Below the pieces are notes generated by a model. It saw nothing but the letters and a program-made list of their open reading frames with translations, ran no database searches and was not told the origin of the DNA. Both the position numbers and the translations under genes were made by a program. This document shows, in pieces, positions 19,040-31,969 of a stretch of DNA of 64,000 bases. Within the stretch, counting starts at the first letter, position 1, and each line of letters begins with the position of its first letter. The DNA is from the human T2T-CHM13v2.0 reference genome, Homo sapiens. The stretch lies in NCBI RefSeq assembly GCF_009914755.1, contig NC_060929.1. One strand, written 5' to 3'.

Positions 19040-19880
19040 CCTCCGAAGACCCTGACACCTCAGTGACACTTGGGGTGGCGAGGGGGCGGGAAGCGAGGGT
19101 GGGGAACTAGGCACGGCAGGAACCCGAAGTCCATCACGACCCGATCGCGGGAGGGGGCGCTGTCTGCACTTCCGGCAGGCGGCGGGAGAAAAGAAAACCA
19201 GCTCTAATAGGCTGGAGGGGGCAGGGATGGAAAGGGTGCTGGTCCCGGGACCCTGGCTAAGCCCCCTCCCTTCAAGCCCGCAGGAGGATCGCCCTCCGCC
19301 CTCCTGCTCCGGCCAAGCTAGGCCGCCGCGCTGGCTCCTCCCCGGTATTCCTTCGGCCGCGCCGCAGGCCCTGTCCTGCCAGCTTGCAAGGTGCGCGGCT
19401 TCGCCTCCTCCTTCCATCCTCCTCCGGCAGGCACACTCACCGCATCCTCCCAGTTCTGCCTGTTGTAGGTGTTGGAACCCAGAGAGGTCGCCATCTTGAG
19501 AGCGTCCGGAGGTAGCTGTAGCTTCCGAATTGGGAGAGAGGACCGCCACAATCCCGTCAAGCCCCGAGGCTAGCGCCGCGCCGGTCGGCGTCTTATTTAC
19601 GCGTCTAGGGCTTCTTCCGGGGCGGGGCCTTTGCGTCATGACGTCGCCCGCTCTTGGAATTTCTAAGCTTAACAATTGGGGTCCTGGTATAATGCACCTG
19701 GATGCTTCCTTCGAGTTTTTGCCTGCTTGGAATGAAGGGCCACACGTACAGTTGATTCATTTAACAATTGGGCGAAAGAATAAAGGAAGACGTAATGCAT
19801 CAGAGGCTGGGGTTAAAATAGCGTTCGCTACCACTGAGGCGCTTATTATGCCAAACTCTGGGCGAACGTCTTGCGGTTCC
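19040..19880. promoter_or_regulatory. RBM22: CpG island / RBM22 promoter and first exon
   Basis: Dense CpG and high GC; ETS site CTTCCGG 19614-19620, GC box GGGGCGGGGC ~19619-19629, CRE-like TGCGTCA/TGACGTCG 19632-19646, YY1 motif AAGATGGCG over the start codon. Confidence 0.92.
19441..19494 (-). CDS. RBM22: RBM22 coding exon 1 (MATSLGSNTYNRQNWEDA)
   Basis: ATG at 19494-19492 in context CAAGATGGCG; 54 nt; followed by GTGAGT donor; matches RBM22 N-terminus. Confidence 0.98.
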
Positions 19881-19922
19881 AGTGTCTTATTTATTCGCAT
19901 AACCTCTCTGTAGGGCTCTCTG

Positions 19923-19942
19923 TAGGGCTGCCAGATTCTGAT

Positions 19943-19986
<44 letters not shown>

Positions 19987-20177
19987 ACTCACACACACAC
20001 ATGCACACACACACACGCACGAATTACAGAACGTCTAAAGTTGAATTTCAGATTAACGGCGAATCGCTTTTTAATTATAAATATATATGGTACCTACTCG
20101 TCCTAAAGTAGGATTCGTGGTTGACCTGAAATTCACATCACTTAACCAATCGTCCTGTATTTTATCTGGTAACTCTA
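19923..20177. mobile_element. hAT MITE (MER53-like) containing (CT)n and (CA)n microsatellites
   Basis: TIRs TAGGGCTGCCAGAT ... ATCTGGTAACTCTA; internal TTGAATTTCAGAT / CTGAAATTCA symmetry. Confidence 0.78.
19946..20020. repeat. (TC)n followed by imperfect (CA)n microsatellite
   Basis: Directly visible, ~350 bp upstream of the RBM22 promoter core. Confidence 0.97.
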
Positions 20178-20494
20178 CCCTGTAGGCAAGTATGATGATC
20201 CCTCTTTTATAGAAAAGAAAACAGGTTTAGAGAGATTAACCTAATCTCTCCTGATATAGCTCCTGGTTGTGGAGCTAAAAAGTGGTGAAGCCACAAATTC
20301 ATTAGTACTGTTTCATTTCCAGCTTCTGAAATGACAAGGGTCTTACGAATCAACATATGCATTATTTGATTTTTGGAATAACTCATAACCACTCTGCCAA
20401 TATTTTATGAGTTTCAAGCCATTCTGGTACCACTTTCATACTTACCGTGTCATCAAGCTACCTAACACATTTATTTAAATCACCTCATTAAAAA

Positions 20495-21160
20495 AAAAAG
20501 TTGATTTAAAGTATAATTTACATAAAGTTTTATCCTTTTTAGTTTTGAATTTTGTACATACATTCACTTACAGTCAAATATGGAATTGTCTGTCATCCCC
20601 AAAGTTCCCTTGTTTCTGTAGTTAGTCCACTTATCCCATACTCAAACCATGGCAATCACTAATTTGTGTTCTGTCCCTAGTTTTGCCTTTTCCAGAATGT
20701 CACATAAGTGGAATCCTATATATCCTTTTGGATCTGATATTTTTTCACTTAGTATTTTGTAGTTGAGATTCATCCATATTATTACATGTATCAATAATTT
20801 CTTCCTTTGTATTACTGAGTAGAATTCCATTGTATGGATATATCATACAATTCACTTGCCAGTTGCTGGATATTTGGGTTGTTCCCAGATTTTAGTGAAT
20901 ATAAATAAAACCATTATAAACATTCACATACAGATCGTTGTATGGACATTGGTTTTCATTTTGCTTGTGTAAATGCCTTAGAGTGAGATTATTTGATCAT
21001 ATGGTAAGTATATCTTTTCCTTTATAAGAAAGTCCTTGGGTTTATCTGAGCTTCTTGGATCTGTGATTTGTTGTCTTTTATTATATTTGGAAAATTCTCA
21101 AGTATCATCTCTTCAGACTGTCTTCTGCCTGGTTTCTACATCTGTGACTCCAATTTCACA
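20495..21160 (-). mobile_element. Old L1M 3' fragment
   Basis: ORF 20642..20830 MEFYSVIQRKKLLIHV resembles the L1 ORF2 C-terminus. Confidence 0.75.
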
Positions 21161-21164
21161 TGCC

Positions 21165-22840
21165 TTGTGAGGAGTGCAAGGTCAGAAATAACAGAGTCCA
21201 CGTACATTTGTGTTTTTCCACAATGCCAGACTTTTACTGATGCTATTTCAATCACAAAAGCCACGAACTACATGGAGTTTCCAAGAAAGCAATTCTCCTT
21301 AGTACTTCCCACTCACTCAGCACTCAGAGTCTTGGACACACAGGCTCAAGGCACTCCACAGGTCAATCAATATTGCAAATCATGCATAATGGTATACTTA
21401 ATCAACATATATATTATAGAGTGAACATTCCACAAACAAAATAACATTTAACATTAAGAGAAAAGAGATAGGACCCTTTTCTCCTTTAAGTCTGGAGCCC
21501 TCAGAATCATCTCCTTTCCTTCCTTTTTCCCTCTTTCCTCCCCCAATTTATTTTTTAATCTTTGTGGGACATGACTTCTAGGAATGAGCCTTCCTAGCAA
21601 CATGGAACATGACTTCCTAGGAATGAGCCTTCCTAGTAACGTGAGACCTGAATTTCCTGGAATAAACCATCCTAGCGACAAGAAACCAGCTCAAAAAAGG
21701 AGGAAAAAGCGAACTGAGGCCAGGAACACATATTCCTTTTAAAATGCTTTCTCCAAAAGATGTTAAAGAAAAAAAGGGGGAAATGTGAAAGGAAATTAAA
21801 TCTTGGGACCCCAGACTCATTAAGCCAAAGGGAAAAGTCAAGCTGGGAAGTGGGTCACACAAACCTGCCTCCCGCTTTTGGTTCCTAAATAAGATGGCTA
21901 CAAGATGGAAAGCTACATGCCTCCCCCATATTTTGCCCACAAGGAAATTCCTAGTGAGGAATTTTACTTTCCTAGAAAGGAAAAAAGAAAAGAGATGAAA
22001 AAATATATATAGGGACTAGGCCAGATTTATAGCAACAAAAGGAAAGCAAACCTGGAAGCTGGGTCAAGCTTTATTATATTACTGCCTCCTCAATTAAAGC
22101 AATTCTCTGGGCAATCATTACCTTAGCCCTTTCGGTTGCATATTGACTTATTTGCAAACACGTACTATAACAACATTGTAAGCAGAAACAGGACAGAACA
22201 TAAATTATTCCTTCTATTATAAGCAATAGCTTCTGCCACTAAATTCCCCAGGATCCAAACCAACCACTCAAGCAATGGATTAGTGAGGGTTTTGGATCTG
22301 ACAGTTGCTTATCTGGGTTTTCATACTGGTCATAATTCAGTTTATGTTCTTTGATTCATCTGGAATATACACACAACATTCAGTTTTTACGGTGGCACAG
22401 GTTCCCCTTGTGCTGCCATGAGTATATCTAAAGCCACATAGTTTTGCAACACAGCTTTCCTCATAAGCATGACCTCATTGCTTAGCAAAGAGGTACTCAT
22501 GCAGCTACCATTTAGGGCCTTTGGGTGTAATTCGTTATGGCCTCTATATGCCATATAACATCTTCGATACCTATCTGTGGTACAAAGATTGAAGCTAAGT
22601 GATCATAGCACTGGAATACCAAACATGTCCAATGAGATTGTAAATGAAAAAGGTTTGCTGGTTTAATGGAAGGGTCTGAATTACTGGGCAACATATGGGG
22701 GAGGCATGTAGCTTTTCATCTTATAGCCATCTTATTTAGGAACCAAAAGCAGGAGGCAGGTTTGTGTGACCCAGTTCCCAGCTCGACTTTTCCCTTTGGC
22801 TTAATGAGTTTGGGGTCCCAAGATTTAATTTCCTTTCACA
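21165..22840. mobile_element. Rearranged ERV1 (MER4-group) remnants: LTR 5' fragments 21784-21939(+) and 22685-22840(-), internal and env pieces
   Basis: TGTGAAAGGAAATTAAATCTTGGGACCCC LTR start preceded by polypurine tract; env TM motifs on minus strand. Confidence 0.85.
22340..22620 (-). pseudogene. ERV env transmembrane-subunit remnant
   Basis: Minus strand reads SLLSNEVMLMRKAVLQNYVALDILMAAQG/(frameshift)/TCATVKTECCVYIPD: immunosuppressive domain plus CX6CC. Confidence 0.85.
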
Positions 22841-23174
22841 ATATATATAATCCATATTTTCCTTTTCTTTTTTTTCGAGATGGGGGTCTCACTTTGTCAC
22901 CCAGGCATGATCATAGCTCACTGTTACCTGGAATTCTTGGGTTCAAGGGATCCTCCAGCCTTAGCCTCCCAAGTAGCTGTGACTATAGAAGCAGGCCACG
23001 GTGCCCAGCTAATTTTTAACTTTTTTGTAGAGACAGGGTCTCACCATGTTGCCCAAGCTGGTCTCGGAACTCCTGGGCTCAAGTGATTCTCCAGCCTTGG
23101 CCTCCCAAAGTGCTGGGATTACAAGTGTGAGCCATGGCACCTGGCTCCATGTTTTCCACCAGATTTTTTAACAT

Positions 23175-24124
<950 letters not shown>

Positions 24125-24222
24125 ACATGTTAAAGTCTCTGTCCATTAGTTCAAACATCTGGGTTTGAGTAGCTGGGACGACAGGCCTGCACCACTACAC
24201 CTGGCTAATTTTTGTACTTTAA

Positions 24223-24369
<147 letters not shown>

Positions 24370-25255
24370 TGAGGTAAATCATATTAATGCTCGGAAATGG
24401 GCAAGTGTGTTCTGTTAGACCGTCTGCATGGGGTTTGGTCAATCTGGTTAGGAATCAAGCGGGGCTTGGGTTTTTTTTTGTTTTTTGTTTTTGTTTTTGA
24501 GATGGAGTTTTGCTTTTGTTGCCTACACTGGAGTGCAATAGTGCGATCTTGGCTCACCACAACCTCCAGCTCCTGGGTTCAAGCGATTCTCCAGCTTCAG
24601 CCTCCTGAGTAGCTGGGATTACAGGCATGCAACACCACACCCGACTAATTTTATATTTTTAGTAGACATGGGGTTTCTCCATGTTGGTCAGGCTGGTCTC
24701 AAACTCCTGACCTCAGGTGATCCACCTGCCTCAGCCTCCCAAAGTGCTGAGATTACAGGCTTGAGCCACCGCACCTGACCTGGGCTTGGGTTTTATTGCT
24801 ATGGTTGCTTTCAATGTACCACAGATTTCACCTACTCTAGCATTATTCTATACTGTAGGTTGGGGCTGAAGAACTCAAGTGTTCATGCTTCATCCTCAGC
24901 TTACAGCTGTCCTGCCTACCTGCACAGTGGTGACTAACTTTCTAGGCCTTTGCCCATCCCCTAGAAATGGATGCTTGTTACTAGCTGCTTGGTAGGCTGG
25001 TAGCGGGGTAGAAGTAAAGGGGTTCTCTGTTGTTCTAATTCAATTCAGCCTCAGTCCTCAGCAGGCCCTGTGTGGGCCTTAGGAATAGATCTTTTCTCGG
25101 CATTCTTGCCCCCCAAAACTGGGCAAGTTCATTAAATGAGTGTAAAGAGGAAAGAAGTGTGAGAAATGAGATTTGGTATACTGCAAGGTTGGGAAGATGG
25201 GAAAGAACTAGCAAAGAATACGGAAGGAAACTTTCTAGCAGGGTAGACAGAAAAT

Positions 25256-25982
25256 TGTTACTGAATTAAACTGGGGTCTGCTCACCCAGTGCCACAAAGC
25301 CATTGACATCAGGCTAGTAGCAAGAGAAAGTGAGGCATTTTATTGCAGGGCACCATGCAAGGAGAATTGCACAGATCATGCTTAAGACCCGAACTCCCAG
25401 ATGGCTTAAAGCTACGGGTTTTTAAAGGCAGGGAAAGAGAGGTTACAGGCAAAGTCATAAATCAATACATAGAGGCTATACATTGGTTTGACCTAAAAAG
25501 GTGGGACATCTCAAAGCTGGGATGGGGGTGGACTCAAAGGTCATAGGTGGTTTCAAAGATTTTTTGATTTATGATTAAGGCGGTGAAGCTGTCTAAACTT
25601 GGGATCCACAGAAAAGAATGTTAGCTCTGGCCGGTGGACATGACTTCCTCCAGGCCCCTCAGGAAGCAACTTAGAACAATGAACAGTGGTCAGAGTTCAG
25701 TTCTCAGTTTCCCCTTATCTGAGGTTTAAAGCTGGTGAGAGTTCAGGTTTCTGAAAAGTTGGGGACATGTATGTTACCCTTAGTTTCTATAGGGAACAAA
25801 ACATCTCACTCTGACTTCCTTGGCTATTGTGTTCAGCTACTTCTTGCTTATCAGGTTGCTCATTAACTTCTTTGGGCTAGCTAGGTGCCTAGAATTCCCT
25901 TGAAGGAACTCAAGATTTCCCTTTATTTCCATGCATGGAGGGGCCCACAAGCCTCCTAAAAGGGGGTCCCTGCTCTGCCTCA
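25256..25982 (-). mobile_element. Solo ERV1-type LTR (subfamily uncertain)
   Basis: TG...CA termini, AATAAA on the minus strand, flanked by AAAT/AAAC; interrupts an L2-like region. Confidence 0.72.
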
Positions 25983-26206
25983 AAACCAGGAGTGTTGTGT
26001 TCTGGAAACCAAGCAAAGCCTTTCAAGAAGGGAGAGATAAACTGTCAGATCTACTGAAAAATTGCATAGTTAAGGACTGAGAACTGACCCTGTATTTAAG
26101 TGTGGTGATTGCTGGTGACCTTGACAAGAGCAGTTTCGACCAAGTGGTGGCGGTGAGAGTCTAACTGGAATGGGTTCAGGTGAGAATGGAAGAACTGGAA
26201 GGTTGA

Positions 26207-26425
<219 letters not shown>

Positions 26426-27249
26426 TAGCCAGGATGGTCTCGATCTCCTGACCTCGTGATCTGCCCGCCTCAGCCTCCCAAAGTGCTGGGATTACAGGTG
26501 TGAGCCACCGCACCTGGCCATTTTTGTTTTTTAAAAAACTTTTACTTAAACAGAGACAAGGTCTTGTTAGGTTTTCCAGTCTTGTCTCAAACTCCTGGCC
26601 TCAAATGATCCTCTCACCTCGGCCTCCTAAAGCGCTGGGATTACAGGTGTGAGCGATCATGCCCAGTCAGAGTTAGAGGAGTTTTGCTGTACAGGGAGTG
26701 GAGAAATGGAGTGGCAGCTGAAGAGGAGAGTGAGGCCAATTTCTTTTTTAAGATGAGAGAAATCACATGCTAATGGAAAAGGGAAGGAGGGAGCTGCCGA
26801 TGCTATCTGTGAATAGGTAAGAGGATGAGCTTGAGTGTTAAGAGGTGGGGCTGGGTTCCAACAGGAAGAGTATGAATAATTCATCTAAGTAAGAGGAGGG
26901 AAGGAACAGTTATGAAGGTACAGATGAAGGTGATGAGTGGCCACTGGTGGAGTCAGACCACTGTGTATATTGTAAAGGATATCTTTAGAAGCAATGACCC
27001 AGGATAAAAACTGGTAGAGGTCTAACAACATTTATATAATGGTTCTGTGAATATGTATATAAGAAGCTCAAAGCAACATCTACTTATATATTATGGTGAA
27101 CTAACCTGCTAAGAGATTTTAGATTACTTCATTTAAGGAATGGAAGGGAGCATGCCCCACCAACTCTCTTAGCCAACTCTCTTAACTTCACGCTTGTCTT
27201 TTGGCTCTGAGCCATGCTACTTAGTATCTACATGAGAGCAAACAAAAGA

Positions 27250-29656
27250 CACGCTCAAGCTTTGTCTGCTTTATTTCACTACATTAAGTTAAGCAATAAG
27301 GCAAAACAGTAACCTGTCATTCATAAAGATCAAGGAGTACCTCTCTGTCCCAAAAGGGACCAAAAAGGGTGTTTCTTCACAAATATGCATGACACTTAGC
27401 TCATTATGCTGATAAGCACTTCAAACAAAAGAAAAGGTCAGTAGGTGAATCAAGTAACAAATCCAAATTAACTTAGCCTAAGTTTCCAAAGCTGTAGTTT
27501 CAAGTGCTAATGGGATCTAACTTTCCTGTGGTGGTGCATACTGACTAGCATTAAAATTTTTGCACCTCATCTAATATAAAAAAGGCAACAAATACAATTC
27601 CTAATTCACCAGCTGCAGGTATTGAATCATTTCTACGAACACACAGAATACTAGCTTACACTAAAACCTATCTTGAGGAAACATTAAACCAGTGGCTCTA
27701 TTATTCTGCAAGTTAGTTTGGCTTCTGAAGAAAAAAGTTTATGATCAAAGTGTTTTGTGTTTCTGTGTATGGGAATGATGAGACCCATACTTCAACATTA
27801 TTACTTTGGGGAATAAATACCAGCTACCTGCCATAAACGCATGACATGTGTGTAGTCTATGCAAACGTGTAAACATATGAAGCTATTCTCTACTCTATGC
27901 CCATTTCCTCCACTGGCAAATATGGAGCAGTGATTTCACAGTAGGCTCTAGCAGGTAGTGAAATAAAAATTTGAGACTCTGTGGGGTCACAAAAAAATGA
28001 AACTCTTTCTATAGTCTGCAAATCTGTAATTACCCATCCCCCTGCTCCAACTCCTAAGAGGCTAAATGTTATTACCATAATGTTAGAGATGAGTATTTTC
28101 CTTCTTACACTGCATCACATATATTACTCTGTAGGACTGTTTCATAAAATTGGCTTGACCTTTGTACAATTAGTACAATTTAGTGTCTTTTAGAGTACAA
28201 TTTAGTGTCTTTTAAAAGCTTCCTAAATATTTAAAACATTTTCAAGGGAAGCTTACAAGGACTATGTCCCATCTGTATTCTACATTATAATGTTATCTTT
28301 AATTTTTTAAGACTTAAAACAAGACCAAGGTAAACAAAAAATCTGTATTTTCCTCAAGTCTCTTGGCCACTTACTAACAATACTTTTACAGAAAACATGG
28401 TGCAGCTGGTGGTCTACTTTATCAAGTTTCATTTTAGAAAACATCATAGAAATTAAGGTTAGCAACCCAACTCCAGGATACCAAGTGAAAACAGCAAGTC
28501 TGCTGTTAGGCCAGAACTGTGGGCTACTTGCTGAACTATTTTATGGTTTACAATCAAAATGGTCTTATTTGACTCACCACATGACAAAAGTCTTAAACTT
28601 AGTAAGGGGGAAAGTTCTTAATATCCAGTTTTGGATTCAAGAGATTATAATAGTTAATTTCCCCTTCAAATCAATGGAAAGAATGCTAGTTGAGAATATT
28701 CTAAAAATCTAGCCTTTAAAATGTTTTCTGCATTCCAGAAATGAACCTGTCCACTCAGGTTTTCTTTGGGTTCTTTTCCAGGTCCCAAACAGAACAACTT
28801 AACTGAGTTAAAGAGGCAGAACAGGGAAGGGGTAGGAAGTAAGACAAATAAAGATTGCCCCCCTGTGGCAGCATTAATCCCTGGGTATTGTGGCAATATT
28901 GAAAACGAATGGAATCTGCTACCCCCTTGACATGACATGTAATTGTTTGCTTCTCAAATTCTTCTTAAAAGTTCCATATTTTACTGGGAAAAAAATTAAG
29001 AACAACTAATACGTGTCCTGTATTCACTTAGAAAAAGAGGGCAAATGAGAGTGCCTTAACAACTTCACAGGTTTTTCCAATCATCATGATACTAAAGATA
29101 AAGTGACAAGTCAGTTTTTCAGTTATATGGAAATCTATGGCAAAATGGCAGCCATTATGGCAATGAAGGGATATGTTTTAGACTGTTAGATGATATTTAA
29201 CGGAATGCAGAAAGCAGTTGGTACATTGTGACCAATGCTGGATCATTAACAGCAGGTCTACCTTTGGGTTATCATTTAAGTTTCATCTGTGACATTGTGA
29301 TCCTTAGTGAGATCAGATCAAGAGACAGTACAGAGTTTCTCAGGTGGTAAATACAATGCCATTCCAAGGAACACCCATCCCCTTTCCTAGGATGGAATTA
29401 TGCTGCTGTTACTCAACGTGCAGGGTTCAGTGAGGGAGACACAGACTTACTGGTGTCAACAGGGGTGAGAGCAAGAGCAACAGCAGCTACCCTGTGTTCC
29501 CAATGCCTTGCCTATGCTCCCACTTTCTTAGCAATAGAATTCCGTAGTGCATGGGTACATCGTTATAAACAAGGCCTAATGAAGCAGCAGCTTCCACATT
29601 TTAACGCAGGTTTACGGTGATACTGTCCTTTGGGATCTGCCCTCCAGTGGAACCTT
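27250..29656 (-). other. DCTN4: DCTN4 3'UTR (~2.4 kb)
   Basis: Repeat-free AU-rich sequence after the stop, ending just past AATAAA at 27275-27270; end approximate. Confidence 0.82.
27270..27275 (-). terminator. DCTN4: DCTN4 polyadenylation signal AATAAA
   Basis: Plus strand tttatt; downstream minus-strand GTGTCTTTTGTTTGCT is a GU/U-rich element. Confidence 0.8.
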
Positions 29657-29870
29657 TTAAGGAAGAAGTGGGCCCAAGCTAAGTTCCACATGCTGGGTGA
29701 GCCAGATGACTTCTGTTCCCTGGTCACTTTCTTCAATGGGGCGAATGGGGGCTGCCAGGTTTTTAAAATCATGCTTCATCTTGAAGCACACGGTCACTTC
29801 ACCCTCCTCACGCTGTGGTGTAACTTTGATGAAAATACCCACTTTGTTGGCCTTTCTGAAGGCTATAATG
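29657..29870 (-). CDS. DCTN4: DCTN4 exon 13 coding part ([10 protein letters not shown]...LSLGPLLP*)
   Basis: TAG acceptor; TAA at 29659-29657; in ORF 29657..29920; exon phases consistent throughout. Confidence 0.97.
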
Positions 29871-29903
29871 CTATGGAAAGAAAAAAAAGCAAGTATTAGG
29901 TAG

Positions 29904-30308
<405 letters not shown>

Positions 30309-31938
30309 TAAGCCAACACGTTGGCCATATATTTTTCTATGAGCTTATACTTTTCTGCTTTTCTAACCAACACAGATGGTACACACTATTCCATAACTTG
30401 CTTTTTTTTAACTCTGTTTATCACAAACACCTTTTGACGCTGGTATATACAGATCATCTACAATCTATGTAATGGTTGCACAGTATTCAATTATGTGTTT
30501 ACCATAATTGGCATATACTGAGGTTGCTGACAACTTTTCTCTATTATAAACAATGGTGCTGCAAACATCCCTTTACATTTACCTCTGTGCAAATGCAATA
30601 TTTCTATAGAACATAGACTCATACCGTGGAAAGTTATTTATTTATTTATTTTTTTGAGATGGAGTCTCGCTCTGTCACCCAGGCTGGAGTGCAGTGGCGC
30701 AATCTTGGCTCACCGCAACCTCCGCCTCCTGGGTTCCAGCGATTCTCCTGCCTCGGCCTCCTGAGTAGCTGGGATTACAGGTGCACACCATCACGCCCAG
30801 CTAATTTTTATAATTTTAGTAGAGATGGGGTTTCACCACATTGGTCAGACTGGTCTCGAACTCCTGATCTCAGGTGATCCACCCGCCTCAGCCTCCCAAA
30901 GTGCTGGGATCACAAGCATAAGCCAATGCACCCGGCCTTATTTTTATTTTTTAGAGACAAGGTTTTGCTCTGTTACCCAGGCTGGAGAGCAGTGGCACGA
31001 TCATAGTTCATGGTAGCCTTGACCTCCTAAGCTCAAATGATCCTTCTGCCTTGGCCTCCCAAAGTGCTGGGATTATAGGCATGAGCCACCATGCCTGGCC
31101 ATACTGTGGGAAGTTTTAATAACTCAGTGCTTTAAGGGAAATTTTGGAACACCATAAATCAAGAATGTTTTTGTAAATAACTTATGTAATTAGGAATTTT
31201 AGCACAAAAATGTCTCTTCATTGAGGTTTGCATTTCAATTTCCCCTCATTTGTGCATACAGTTTGTGCTTTAATAACTTAGTTTCTGAAAGTAAAAGGGC
31301 AATGAAATAAACAGAATTTGTCTACTACCCAAATGACATTCAGTTACTCTAAGAAAGGTTACTGGGATTACATATTTACATATTTATACAGTGTTAGTTT
31401 CCAGAAATCTGAAAGTTCTATTAAATCTAATAATGTAAAATATAATTAATTCAGTTTTTAATTACTCTATCATGTAATCAGGCTGAAATCTGATATCTCA
31501 GACAATCATTCCAGAAGTATATCTTGGCTTAACAAATTTCTGTACCTAATTAATTTGAGGACCCACATAAAGCAAGGATTTGAGAGAACACATTTTGTAC
31601 TGTACAACTCAGCACATTTTGTATTACAGTAACTAACCAGACCTTTGATTTGTATGAGTCATGTAAAAAATAATTCAAACAGTTTAAAATGGTAAAAAGA
31701 AAAACATCAGTCTTTCTTTTTATCCTTAATTTCCCAGGCAACCACTGATACCTGGGAAGCTTTTCCAAAACAAATTTGGATTTCTGGTCCCTAGCTAGAC
31801 CTGCTAAAAAAAATCCTCTGGGGTTAGGGTCTGGAATGCTATCGAACAACAAAACAAAACAACACTTGACCTGGTGCTTTCTGAAGTTAACCCACGTTTG
31901 GTATCACTAAACTAATCTCACCTTTGCCTTCACTTTAT

Positions 31939-31969
<31 letters not shown>

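Noticed and set aside
18935-19675. 246-aa minus-strand ORF spanning the RBM22 promoter, exon 1, intron 1 and exon 2
   Set aside because: Begins at a non-ATG codon upstream of the likely TSS, is out of frame with exon 1, and long ORFs are expected in GC-rich CpG islands
22340-22694. Possible syncytin-like domesticated env
   Set aside because: Frameshift between the immunosuppressive domain and CX6CC, nearby stops, and no SU region
28485-28938. 75-90 aa ORFs in the DCTN4 3'UTR
   Set aside because: No recognisable homology or splice context; lengths expected by chance
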